From: Minisyncoccota bacterium
GTDB taxonomy: Bacteria; Patescibacteriota; Minisyncoccia; JAHIHE01; JAGLIN01
Reading direction: 5' to 3'
Length of the DNA stretch: 64,000 bases
NCBI GenBank assembly: GCA_041661265.1
Contig: JBAZUT010000001.1
Coordinates: forward strand, 197,310-261,309
How positions within the stretch are numbered: position 1 is the first letter of the stretch; each line of letters opens with the position of its first letter. Shown here one piece after another: positions 9,103 through 17,736 of the stretch. The position numbers and the translations under genes are program-made. The notes under the pieces are model-generated. The model ran no database searches, was not told the DNA's origin, and saw only the letters and a program-made list of their open reading frames with translations.

Positions 9103-9185
9103 TTATCTTCCTCCATTGGACAATTTTAATTAATTATACCGGCAAAGTCAAATAAAAAAAAAGCAAGATGCGTTGATCCTGCTAT

Positions 9186-9305
9186 TTACGCTCCGCTATA
9201 GAAGCTTCTTCTCGCTTCCCCTACCGGAGAATCGTCTTTCTGATCCCATTCAAAACCTTTTTCAACAGCTTTTTCTTTTTCCTGTTCTTGTTTTCCGTTC
9301 TTCAT
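9186..9305 (-). CDS. small acidic ORF (39 aa) with strong RBS
   Basis: Not in the track because it is under 60 aa. AGGAGGAAT-N5-ATG. MKNGKQEQEKEKAVEKGFEWDQKDDSPVGEARRSFYSGA. Lies between two co-oriented small genes. Confidence 0.35.
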   Translation of the reverse strand: MKNGKQEQEKEKAVEKGFEWDQKDDSPVGEARRSFYSGA

Positions 9306-9317
9306 CACTCATTCCTC

Positions 9318-9554
9318 CTAGTACGCTATTCCCATGCTTTCCAGCTCATTCTTCGCCAAAATCAATTTTTTGGCAAGTTCTTTTCTATCCCTTTCGATCT
9401 CTTTCAGTTTTTCTTCTATCGCGTCTTTTTCTATTATCTTTTTATTTGTGCGAAGTATTCCGAGGATCTCCGGAAGCCTTTCTTTCCCGAAAAGATCCTC
9501 TATATCCCGTACATTCAAAGATAATAATTTTCCAAGACTGATGCAATTTGCCAT
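9318..9554 (-). CDS. hypothetical coiled-coil protein (78 aa)
   Basis: Charged heptad-like sequence. Its stop overlaps the RBS of the next small ORF. Confidence 0.45.
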   Translation of the reverse strand: MANCISLGKLLSLNVRDIEDLFGKERLPEILGILRTNKKIIEKDAIEEKLKEIERDRKELAKKLILAKNELESMGIAY

Positions 9555-9598
9555 TATTTATCCCTCCTGTTTTAAAGCAGCCCATCTTTTCCCGATGG

Positions 9599-9676
9599 AC
9601 CGCTTTTATGTGTTTAAAATGTTTTTTAAATACACAAAAACCGTCCATCCGGAACGGATGAGCTCAAACATGATGA
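9599..9676 (+). repeat. about 60-80 bp direct repeat copy A flanking the HAD phosphatase gene
   Basis: ACCGCTTTT..(hairpin)..CACACAAAAACCGTCCA..ATGATGA. Related copy at 10155-10217. Confidence 0.5.
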
Positions 9677-9716
9677 TAGGTTTTTGCGATCTAATGTCAT
9701 TTTATTATTTATGGGA

Positions 9717-10112
9717 TCAAGTTATTTCAAAATTCAGTTTGCCGGTAAATTTGGTCGCCTTGATATCTCTGTCGTCTATATAGTGATAGTTCCCTCCCCT
9801 GGGCTTTCCGAAGATGACTTTATGGAATTTGAACCCATGCGCCTTGAGCCATTTTTCGGTTACCCGCCTGTGCTCTTCGGTCCTGGAAGTGAAAAACGTA
9901 ACTATATGACCCTCATTGAACCATTCATTGATCTTCTCTTTCGATCCCTCGATTTCCCCCGCCGACGGCATCCTTTCGGGCTGTTCATTCGGAATATCTT
10001 CGCAGACGACTCCGTCAATGTCTATTATAATATTACTAAAACCGTCTTTAAGCCGCGGACTTTTGTTTTTGTCGGGACTTACAAGCACATCCGTACGATC
10101 CTGCATCTTCAT
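9717..10112 (-). CDS. HAD-superfamily phosphatase (small, 131 aa; nucleotidase/IIIA-like)
   Basis: Motif I IIIDIDGVVCED (DxDGV). Downstream FFTSRTEEHR and K..GKPRGG..Y.IDD motifs of HAD phosphatases. Confidence 0.6.
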   Translation of the reverse strand: MKMQDRTDVLVSPDKNKSPRLKDGFSNIIIDIDGVVCEDIPNEQPERMPSAGEIEGSKEKINEWFNEGHIVTFFTSRTEEHRRVTEKWLKAHGFKFHKVIFGKPRGGNYHYIDDRDIKATKFTGKLNFEIT

Positions 10113-10154
10113 TATTATATGTTATTTTTAAAAAACAGCTCACCTTCTTTGTGA

Positions 10155-10217
10155 ACCGCTTTTGCGTATCTTTTGATGTATGTCCTAGACACGCAAAAAC
10201 CGTCCAACTGATGATGA
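10155..10217 (+). repeat. direct repeat copy B flanking the HAD phosphatase gene
   Basis: ACCGCTTTT..(hairpin)..CACGCAAAAACCGTCCA..ATGATGA. About 70% identical to 9599-9676. Confidence 0.5.
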
Positions 10218-10360
10218 ACTGGATGACGAAGACAATATTAGTTTTCTTTCAATAGGGCTCATGGCTGAATGTTATTATGCATCGCATTAATATTCTACAC
10301 TTTCTATTGATCATGTCAAGTGATTTTTTGGAATTAACACACAGCGCTTATATTACAAAA

Positions 10361-10382
10361 GACACCGCAATAAAGCGGTGTC
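10361..10382 (-). terminator. intrinsic terminator (GACACCGC-loop-GCGGTGTC then T-run on the minus strand)
   Basis: 8-bp GC-rich stem followed by TTTTGTAAT on the minus strand. Sits 22 nt after the stop of the minus-strand small ORF. Confidence 0.55.
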
Positions 10383-10403
10383 TATCAATTTTCAAATTGG
10401 GTG

Positions 10404-10511
10404 CTACATGACGCTTGCAGAATATGCCACCACGCCATATAATGTCCCCGAAAGGACCATTATGGTTACGCTTAGCGCCATGTCCAGCATGGAATCAATG
10501 AATCTTTCCAT
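10404..10511 (-). CDS. cryptic small hydrophobic peptide (35 aa) MERFIDSMLDMALSVTIMVLSGTLYGVVAYSASVM
   Basis: Not in the track because it is under 60 aa. Single predicted TM helix. Own terminator downstream. Upstream palindrome GCATACAATAGATTGTATGC at 10533-10552. An alternative 38-aa ORF exists on the plus strand at 10408-10524. Confidence 0.25.
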   Translation of the reverse strand: MERFIDSMLDMALSVTIMVLSGTLYGVVAYSASVM

Positions 10512-10634
10512 ATTATTTGCTTAATTAATTAAGCATACAATAGATTGTATGCTCACCCGTGCAATAAGTATAGCACACTTTCATACATAAATCAATAGCC
10601 CATTAAGCTGATTCTAAGCTGATTCTTGCAGCAG

Positions 10635-10663
10635 TTGACATTATGATGTTTTTGTGCTATAAT
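10635..10663 (+). promoter_or_regulatory. sigma70-consensus promoter (TTGACA-N17-TATAAT) for the radical SAM gene
   Basis: TTGACA at 10635-10640 and TATAAT at 10658-10663. AGGAGG RBS at 10688-10693. Confidence 0.6.
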
Positions 10664-10703
10664 CAAACATCAAACAAAAATACTTTTAGGAGGTAAGAAT
10701 TAA

Positions 10704-11720
10704 ATGACTGCAGTAGAAACCATTCAGGCTGTATTGGAGGGTGGCGGAAACCTCCTCTACAATTATGCATGTTTCCGAATATTGCGAACCCCTTTGGTCT
10801 ACAATATCGAGATAACCGGCGATTGTCCGCTGGATTGCGAACATTGCTATTTCCACAGGGAATGGAACTGTGGAAAAAATAGAGACCTCGAGGACGAATA
10901 TTGGATGAAAGTCGTCAACGAGAATAGCGACAAACCTTTTGTTTTCACAGGAGGAGAGCCGGCGCTTCGCATGTCGCTCGTAAAAAAAGCTTTTGGAGTT
11001 CTTGGAAGAAGGTTGATATTGATCAGCAACGGAACCATAAAATTCCCGCTGGCGATTGAAACCAGGGTCTTCATAAGCCTTGATGCAGCCACAGAAGAGC
11101 TGCATGACAGTATAAGAAGAAAACCCGGCACATTTAAAAAGATCCTCAAAAACATCAGAGGAGATAAGCGAGTGATACTGGCTCCGACGATCTCAATGAC
11201 GAATTACAAAGAGATCGAGAAGCTGGTCCAACTGGCCCGCGAACTGGGAGTTTATGGCATAACTTTCAGCCTTTATACTCCTGAGAAGAAAAAACATCCC
11301 GCCGATCCGGATGATCAGCTGACACTTCAAGGCAAAGAACTTCTTGAAACAGCGGGAATGCTGAGAAAAGTTCTTCGGGAGAACCCTGATATTGTCTTTT
11401 TGACAGAAGGGATGATCGACCTGTTCGTCACAAAGGAGCATGTTCCGAACTGCAGCCTGAAAGCCAGTCCGGAAAAACCCGGATGGGTCAGATCGCGGAA
11501 TCCCGCGGATATGGATAAATATCCTTGCGTTATCGGAGGAAATGTAGACTGCGAGAAATGCGGCTGCAACATTCCGATAAACATGGCTGATCTGAAAGAC
11601 CAGGCATGGAGGATGCTGACCTTCAGAAAGAACGATGCCAAAAACATCGTAAGAGTGGCAAAAATGTTCACTCTCCAGAAGGAATATATCTCTCCATCAG
11701 ACGAAACAGATCCTGCTTAA
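10704..11720 (+). CDS. radical SAM enzyme with C-terminal Cys-rich SPASM/twitch-like domain
   Basis: CPLDCEHCY (CxxxCxxC) at residues about 41-48. GGEP glycine-rich SAM motif. C-terminal Cys cluster YPCVIGGNVDCEKCGC. 338 aa. Confidence 0.8.
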   Translation: MTAVETIQAVLEGGGNLLYNYACFRILRTPLVYNIEITGDCPLDCEHCYFHREWNCGKNRDLEDEYWMKVVNENSDKPFVFTGGEPALRMSLVKKAFGVLGRRLILISNGTIKFPLAIETRVFISLDAATEELHDSIRRKPGTFKKILKNIRGDKRVILAPTISMTNYKEIEKLVQLARELGVYGITFSLYTPEKKKHPADPDDQLTLQGKELLETAGMLRKVLRENPDIVFLTEGMIDLFVTKEHVPNCSLKASPEKPGWVRSRNPADMDKYPCVIGGNVDCEKCGCNIPINMADLKDQAWRMLTFRKNDAKNIVRVAKMFTLQKEYISPSDETDPA

Positions 11721-11755
11721 CAGCGGGATCCTTTTTATTTATGAAATATCGGCAT

Positions 11756-12340
11756 CTAATTTTTTATTTCTTCCCTTATTGACTTAGCGAGAAACCCAAA
11801 CTCGACATAACCTGAATCCCTGTTAATATGACCCGCATTCCGGAGAACTGCCGGCTCAACGTTCAGATCTCTTGCGAGGTCTATCCCCTTTTGGACCGGA
11901 ACATATGGATCATTGTCTGAATTGATGACATAGAAATGCATGCAGTTGCGCTTTATTTTGTTCCAATCAAAAGCCTTCACCGTAAAAGTTCTATTCAGTA
12001 CGTCAAAGTCGGGATTATCGAGAAGTCCCGTAAAGCCCGCAACAAAATATGCGGCTCTGACCGGATGATCGATCCTTTCTAGCACTGAAAGCAGGAACGC
12101 GGTTCCAAGGCTATGCCCGACAATAATGGCATCCTTGTTCAGATATCGTTCATATTCGTTGAAAATTTCCAGCCACTTTTCAAGAGACTGGCCCAGGGGC
12201 GTCGGAAATCTCGGGACAAAAACCTGGCACCCATATCCTTCAAGTTCCGACTTGAGCCATGGAAACCAATTACCTTCGGGGCTTCCCCCTGTACCGTGAA
12301 CTATGACAACATTCGCCATCGATAAAAGATTAATTTGCAT
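11756..12340 (-). CDS. alpha/beta serine hydrolase, RBBP9/YdeN-like
   Basis: VIVHGTGGSPEGNWFPWL near the N-terminus, nucleophile elbow GHSLG, and a C-terminal HINRDSGY-type motif. 194 aa. Confidence 0.6.
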   Translation of the reverse strand: MQINLLSMANVVIVHGTGGSPEGNWFPWLKSELEGYGCQVFVPRFPTPLGQSLEKWLEIFNEYERYLNKDAIIVGHSLGTAFLLSVLERIDHPVRAAYFVAGFTGLLDNPDFDVLNRTFTVKAFDWNKIKRNCMHFYVINSDNDPYVPVQKGIDLARDLNVEPAVLRNAGHINRDSGYVEFGFLAKSIREEIKN

Positions 12341-12452
12341 TATATGATAATTCTATAATCAAGGGACCGAACGGTCAAACTTTGTGCGGAACTCCGAAAT
12401 TCAACGCGCACAAAAACATGTCCCGGGCATCCGAATAAGAAAAAAAGCGCTT

Positions 12453-12776
12453 TTATTCTTGCGCTTCGATCATCTTTGGAAAATATTTTTTCAATATAGC
12501 ATACACAATAATGGCTATTAGCGATAACAGGTAGAAGCTCCTTGAGAGCTGGGATCCCTTTATCGCGAACAGGATCACCGACAATATCGCAAGCAGCAGG
12601 CACAGGTCTTTCAGAACCGCCGACATCTTTCTTTTTAAATCGTCTTCGGCAGGCAACATCATTATAAAAACGATGATTATGATAAAATAAACCGTCTCTA
12701 ATATTGCCGCGACCTGCTGCATGTCTACCGTATTCGGGATGCTATATGCCAAATCCATTAATTGCGAAAGGTCCAT
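12453..12776 (-). CDS. membrane protein, hypothetical (107 aa)
   Basis: Two or three hydrophobic helices. No motif recognised. Confidence 0.45.
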   Translation of the reverse strand: MDLSQLMDLAYSIPNTVDMQQVAAILETVYFIIIIVFIMMLPAEDDLKRKMSAVLKDLCLLLAILSVILFAIKGSQLSRSFYLLSLIAIIVYAILKKYFPKMIEAQE

Positions 12777-12853
12777 ATGTCAAACCTCCTTAAGACCAAG
12801 ATCGATTATAGTCCCCTGTCGGATATTGTCAATCACGGAGATTTTCTCCGGAT

Positions 12854-13381
12854 CTAATACAGATCAGCGTTTTTGAAAGGTATGAGCGCAAGAACCACCG
12901 CTTCCGAATAATATTTCGTCCTGTCTATCGCATTTCCGGTCAATATGCCTACAGCTCCGTTCTGCTGTTTGGAATTATTCCTTTTGAAAACAATGTCATC
13001 CGCCTCCCCCAATTCTCTTCCTTCTTTGATAAGTTTCACAACTTCTTTCGGCAGAAAAAAAGTTCCCGTCCTGGATTTTCCATATTTTTTTGACGACCTT
13101 ATAACCACCCACGCGAAAGCTTCCATCTCTTTGCCGACCGGTTCGATCCCGCCCTCAATGCCGACATAGAGATCCGCAGACCTATCCTCGGCGAATGCAT
13201 TATCAACTCTGTTTGTTGCGCCCCTCAGAGTTTCCTCATTATCAAACGGCTGATCCTTGACCCCGGAAGGAACCGAGACTCCGACAAACTCGAACTTCTC
13301 GCCGATAAACATTTTTTCAAATCCCTGCCTTACCGCTTCGATCTTAACCGGATTTTTCGAAGCAATGACAACTTTTTTCAT
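12854..13381 (-). CDS. yjjX: inosine/xanthosine triphosphatase (YjjX-like non-canonical purine NTP phosphatase)
   Basis: Alignable by eye to E. coli YjjX: ASKNPVKIEAV, SGV.DQPF..EET..GA.NR, WVVI, ILTGN...R...Y..A..LAL.PF.N. 175 aa. Confidence 0.7.
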   Translation of the reverse strand: MKKVVIASKNPVKIEAVRQGFEKMFIGEKFEFVGVSVPSGVKDQPFDNEETLRGATNRVDNAFAEDRSADLYVGIEGGIEPVGKEMEAFAWVVIRSSKKYGKSRTGTFFLPKEVVKLIKEGRELGEADDIVFKRNNSKQQNGAVGILTGNAIDRTKYYSEAVVLALIPFKNADLY

Positions 13382-13449
13382 GATCTTTTTATTATAATGA
13401 TTAAATGCGCCCGGAAAGCCAAGTTACATGCGATCCATTGAAAATATTA

Positions 13450-13932
13450 TTAAATTCTCATTGAGAAAACCAATGAGTCTTTCTTCGCCCAGTTATTTTT
13501 AATATATCCGCACTTCTTAAAGCCTTTTTTGAGATGAAATCCTATCGAGGCTTCATTGTCGATATCGCAATCGCTCATGATCTCCCTTATCCCCTGTTTT
13601 TTCGCGATCTTTTTCATGTTTTCAAATAACCGCGAGGCCAGACCCGTCCTCCGGCATTTCTTCTTTACGAATATATCTTGAAGATGGATCTTGTTCCAGA
13701 GTCGTCCCCAGACGCAATATGCGACCACCCGGCCGCCGGAAACCGCGATAAGGGATCTTTTCTCCTTAATGCATTCTTTTATGTGCATTTCGCCTGATGT
13801 CATGTTCCTGCTCCACCATTCGGGCCATGACTCCATGCTTAATTTGACGCAGGTTTCAGCGTCTCTTTCTTCGGCTATTTTGATCCTATATGGCGTTAAA
13901 CTGTTTTTCATGGTTCCGAGCTTATTGATCAT
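13450..13932 (-). CDS. GNAT family N-acetyltransferase
   Basis: RRTGLASRLFENMKKIAKKQG acetyl-CoA-binding motif (R/Q-x-x-G-x-A/G). 160 aa. Confidence 0.65.
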   Translation of the reverse strand: MINKLGTMKNSLTPYRIKIAEERDAETCVKLSMESWPEWWSRNMTSGEMHIKECIKEKRSLIAVSGGRVVAYCVWGRLWNKIHLQDIFVKKKCRRTGLASRLFENMKKIAKKQGIREIMSDCDIDNEASIGFHLKKGFKKCGYIKNNWAKKDSLVFSMRI

Positions 13933-13940
13933 ATTATAGC

Positions 13941-13971
13941 AAAAAACCGCCTGGTTAAAAAGCGGTTTTTC
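13941..13971 (-). terminator. intrinsic terminator (AAAACCGC..GCGGTTTT)
   Basis: Hairpin with a flanking T-run on the minus strand, downstream of the cytochrome b5-like gene. Confidence 0.55.
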
Positions 13972-14014
13972 GTGTGAGTAAACTTGCTATTTCTAAGCTT
14001 TCCAATAATTTCAT

Positions 14015-14929
14015 CTACATGACATAGCGGCCCCCTGCCCGTTCTCCGCTTCTTGACGCCCTTGGCTGATCTCTTTCTTCATCGCCATATTCATCTTCCT
14101 GATCATCTTGCTCATCCTCTTTTTCTTCTTCCATATATTCGCTGTCATCTTCATCGTCATTGTCTTCATTGTTTCCGAATATTTCTTCACAGCGTTTTTT
14201 CAACAGGTCCGTATCAGATACTGCCTGCGGACCGGGAGAAACGGCAGGGACCGGCAATGGCTGGTTCTCCTTGACTGTGACCGAGGCAGTCGATCTGGTC
14301 TGTTCGCTTGAAGCTGTGATCAATACAGATCCCGGGCTTTGCGCATGGAATGATCCGCCGTCATCGATATTCCCGACGCTGGCATCAGAGCTGGAATATG
14401 TAATCACAACTCCCGCCATCGGCTTATTGTTCTGATCATAGGCTGTGGCCCTGAACAACTCAGTATCTCCTGCTTTCATTTCGACTATCGCCGGCGAAAT
14501 AATGATCTTTGTTAGGACCGGGGATATTTCGGGAGGCGGGGGCGGTTGTGGGGCCGGACTTGGAGGAGGAGGCGGAACGACTCCGATATCCCCTATATAA
14601 TATGCACTCAGGGCGGCAAGATCGCTCCCCGGGTGGGGCTTACCCGAAAAAGCCGCCGTAGCGTCTTTTCCGCAATATGGGGTGATAGCGGAAGCCCCAC
14701 CTGAATGCCGGCTCAGAAAATTAGTGACATTATAAACTTTATTGTTAATGGCGAGCCAGCAGTCGCCGGGAGCGTTATGCTTTGCCATATTTGCAGGATC
14801 TATAGTTTGCGCATTTATCCGCCTGGCACTTCCAATATCCAGCATCGGATATACCAGAAGGAGGGATCCTAAAGTTAAAATGCCTAAAGCCATCCTTCTT
14901 AGTCTTGTTTTTTTTTCCATAATATTCAT
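14015..14929 (-). CDS. secreted/anchored protein with cytochrome b5-like heme-binding domain, Pro-rich linker, Big_2-like Ig domain and polyacidic C-terminal tail
   Basis: N-terminal signal/TM. Cyt-b5 motifs DCW..I...VY.V..F...HPGG. PPPPPSPAPQPPPPP linker. An Ig-like beta region. C-terminus EDNDDEDDSEYMEEEKEDEQDDQEDEYGDEE. Confidence 0.55.
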   Translation of the reverse strand: MNIMEKKTRLRRMALGILTLGSLLLVYPMLDIGSARRINAQTIDPANMAKHNAPGDCWLAINNKVYNVTNFLSRHSGGASAITPYCGKDATAAFSGKPHPGSDLAALSAYYIGDIGVVPPPPPSPAPQPPPPPEISPVLTKIIISPAIVEMKAGDTELFRATAYDQNNKPMAGVVITYSSSDASVGNIDDGGSFHAQSPGSVLITASSEQTRSTASVTVKENQPLPVPAVSPGPQAVSDTDLLKKRCEEIFGNNEDNDDEDDSEYMEEEKEDEQDDQEDEYGDEERDQPRASRSGERAGGRYVM

Positions 14930-15148
14930 GTTAGTGATAAACTTCGCGCGATCTTATAAAATTTTATCGATCGTTTACCTGCCCACCAAAGCAAAGACGC
15001 ATCGTTTAAAAAATAATTACAAAAAAGATCCATGTAATGAAACATGAATCCGGACAAATAAAAAGGTATTTATAGGAACTGAGAATGTCAGATGATAATT
15101 CCGGCAATACAGTTATTCTCGATCAATCCGCAGATGATCCACAGGGCC

Positions 15149-15886
15149 TTATAACAAAACAATTTCTTTTTGCGGATCCGTAGTTAGAACAATTTCGTTA
15201 TTATCCGAAATAAAAAAGTCTATTTCGCTTCTTATACCGAATTTATCCTTAAGATAGATCCCCGGCTCAATAGTATATGCCAGATTTTTTACCAGCCTTC
15301 GCTTATTTCTTTTATAGATCCAATTCGGCTTGGGACCATGATCCTCCCGTGTTCCGATCGAATGTCCGAGTTCATGCAAGATGTTCTTTTCATATCCCCC
15401 CTCTTTGATTATCCCGAAACCAACCGATTCTATGTCGTTTCCGGTGGGAATTTCATTGTTTTTCAACCGATCAACAATATAGCCCAGGGAACTGTCCCTG
15501 GAGTCTATCACAATATCGAATACCTTTTTAATTTCCGTGGGGACTTTTTTACCGCTAAAGGCGACCCAGGTTATATCCGCAAAAGGAGCACCCTCCGTCC
15601 CCATCCTTGCCCAAAGATCAATGAGAACAAGGGTGTTGTCTTTCAGTTTTTCAGAAATTTTTTTGGGATAATATAATGGAATTGCGGAATTTTTATTAAA
15701 TGCCACTATGGGCGGATATTTATCGGTTTCCAGACCGTACTCATTATATTTCCCGATTATGAATTGCTGCGTCTCATGCTCGGAAATGGATCTATCTCTT
15801 CTGAGAAGATCAAACGTCAGATCTTTTATTTTGATAAGCGATCTCGCCGCTTTTTTATGATATTCTATTTGTTGTTTTGTCCACAT
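15149..15886 (-). CDS. M24 family metallopeptidase (pita-bread fold, prolidase/creatinase-like), compact
   Basis: HELGHSIG...EDHG metal-ligand region. D..D motif upstream (VLIDLWAR..., TIEPGIY). Only 245 aa. Confidence 0.55.
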   Translation of the reverse strand: MWTKQQIEYHKKAARSLIKIKDLTFDLLRRDRSISEHETQQFIIGKYNEYGLETDKYPPIVAFNKNSAIPLYYPKKISEKLKDNTLVLIDLWARMGTEGAPFADITWVAFSGKKVPTEIKKVFDIVIDSRDSSLGYIVDRLKNNEIPTGNDIESVGFGIIKEGGYEKNILHELGHSIGTREDHGPKPNWIYKRNKRRLVKNLAYTIEPGIYLKDKFGIRSEIDFFISDNNEIVLTTDPQKEIVLL

Positions 15887-15939
15887 AGAATTGATCTATT
15901 GAAGCTGCATAAATGAATTATAGGACTGCCCGACTGATA

Positions 15940-16269
15940 TTATTTCGAAAAATTCTTATAGACCCTGACGATGAACACTGAGGCGATGCCCCAAAGAAGC
16001 GGAAGCCATATGGGTATATTGAAAACATCCGGGTTCTCATAGGTCCACGCCCCAAGGCTTATCGCAATATATTCGGCGATCGAGCCGAAGATCGAACAGA
16101 GAAGAAAAGTTTTCACCTCTTCTTTTGATCTTTCGATCGAGAGCATCAGCACTGCCATAACAAGCAAAACCGCAAATACCATTAAACTGCTCCTCCACAT
16201 CACTGCGACGCTCGTCAGAGAGATCACCGCAAAAATATTCGTAAGCCTGTATCTGTTTTTTCCGGACAT
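15940..16269 (-). CDS. membrane protein, hypothetical (109 aa)
   Basis: Three hydrophobic helices. Confidence 0.4.
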   Translation of the reverse strand: MSGKNRYRLTNIFAVISLTSVAVMWRSSLMVFAVLLVMAVLMLSIERSKEEVKTFLLCSIFGSIAEYIAISLGAWTYENPDVFNIPIWLPLLWGIASVFIVRVYKNFSK

Positions 16270-16312
16270 ATTATTGATATTTATTTGTTATTATTCATTA
16301 ATATTTCAGCAT

Positions 16313-17083
16313 CTATCGTTCGCGCAAACCATTAGACTTTCGCATAGATTTTTCCGGCCTATTCACATCATATGCTGAATACGCCCAGAATAAAAGCGTT
16401 GGAATGAATGCAAGGGGTGTTATAAAAAATAAATAGAAATCAATTGCCCAAACAAGAGATCCCATAAAAAGAAAAATTGCTCCGCGCCTGCGCTTTCCGA
16501 CAGCAAAATGACCGGTGCCCGGTATGCCCATAGACATTGCAAGCGGAATTATTTTTTCCAGACCGTTTTTTTCATCCAGAAGCGATTTATAGATATAATA
16601 ACCGGAAACCAGCACGACTCCGGCCCACATCATTAAAATGGATATTAGGAATGAAACAAGCAATATGGGCGGCCATCCGGTCTGTGACAAAACGTAAGCA
16701 AAAATAAAATAATCATACTTCGGGGTCGTCGGATAAAATATAGTCCATCCTGCATAAAGACAGAGCGCAATGAACCAATTGGCTATCCTTAGTCTTTTCG
16801 CAATTACCGAATTTTTATATGCCCACAAAAAACTTAGTGCCACTATGACGGGCTGGGCAAAGATCCAAATTTGTCCGCGAAAATCAATATTGAAAAGTAT
16901 CCAGGGGATGTCCCCCCACACATGTCCGTCATTCGTGAGGAGCTCGCTTATTCCCGTCTCGATCGCCCATCCGGAAAGATCGGCCTGATCGATCTCGGCT
17001 CCGCCGAACACCGGATAAAAGATAAAAAAAAGTACGATGATCCTCGCAAAATCCCAATAAAAAAGTTTCTTTTTGTTTTCCAT
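16313..17083 (-). CDS. polytopic membrane protein, hypothetical (256 aa)
   Basis: Six or more hydrophobic helices. No motif recognised. Confidence 0.45.
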   Translation of the reverse strand: MENKKKLFYWDFARIIVLFFIFYPVFGGAEIDQADLSGWAIETGISELLTNDGHVWGDIPWILFNIDFRGQIWIFAQPVIVALSFLWAYKNSVIAKRLRIANWFIALCLYAGWTIFYPTTPKYDYFIFAYVLSQTGWPPILLVSFLISILMMWAGVVLVSGYYIYKSLLDEKNGLEKIIPLAMSMGIPGTGHFAVGKRRRGAIFLFMGSLVWAIDFYLFFITPLAFIPTLLFWAYSAYDVNRPEKSMRKSNGLRER

Positions 17084-17097
17084 AAATAATTCTGACT

Positions 17098-17736
17098 CTA
17101 AATAACCGACGCCTTCACTTGATCTATACCATTATATAAAAATGCCCGAATTCCAAATCTTGACGCAACATCGATGTTATTTTGGATATCGTCGAAATAT
17201 ACGACCTCATCAAGCTTCAGTTCCGGGAATTCCTTTTTCAGTTCCGCCGCCACCTGATCCCAGAATTCTTCATGGCATTTCCGAAATCCGATGCGACATG
17301 AGATAAAATGACCGTCAAAGATATCCCCGAAGCCCATCTCCCTCAAAAGAAATTCCGCCCTGTTTGCCATCTGATCAGTGCATAAATAGCACTTCACTCC
17401 CCCGCCCCGGAGTTCTGCCACCAGAGAAACCAGATCCTTGTCCAGATATTTCCTCTCGAAATCGAACTGCCGCTCAAAATAATCCCCGGCCGATCCGGTC
17501 CATCCGAATTTTTCAAGATATGGCATAATGCATATTTGCGCATCAGCCTTCCCCTCTGAACATTGCCGGCTGTCCTCTCCCTGATAGAATGCATTCAGAC
17601 TCTCTTGAGCATCCTCATATCCCTGCCTCTGCAATTCTTTACTGAAATAGTGAGGGAGATTTATCAAAACTCCATCGACATCGAATAGTACGACCTTGGT
17701 TCCATTCATAATGTTTTTTGCAGAAGATTTGATCAT
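17098..17736 (-). CDS. HAD-superfamily hydrolase
   Basis: Motif I VVLFDVDGVL. C-terminal VVYFDD..N motif IV. Likely start MIKSS at 17736, forming an ATGA overlap with the stop of the upstream gene. Confidence 0.6.
   Translation of the reverse strand: MIKSSAKNIMNGTKVVLFDVDGVLINLPHYFSKELQRQGYEDAQESLNAFYQGEDSRQCSEGKADAQICIMPYLEKFGWTGSAGDYFERQFDFERKYLDKDLVSLVAELRGGGVKCYLCTDQMANRAEFLLREMGFGDIFDGHFISCRIGFRKCHEEFWDQVAAELKKEFPELKLDEVVYFDDIQNNIDVASRFGIRAFLYNGIDQVKASVI

Noticed and set aside
10408-10524. Plus-strand 38-aa ORF MTLAEYATTPYNVPERTIMVTLSAMSSMESMNLSILFA as the definite rSAM substrate
   Set aside because: It lies upstream of, not within, the rSAM promoter. It lacks Cys/Gly-Gly leader features. 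The terminator geometry instead favours the minus-strand ORF. It is kept only as an alternative in the finding.
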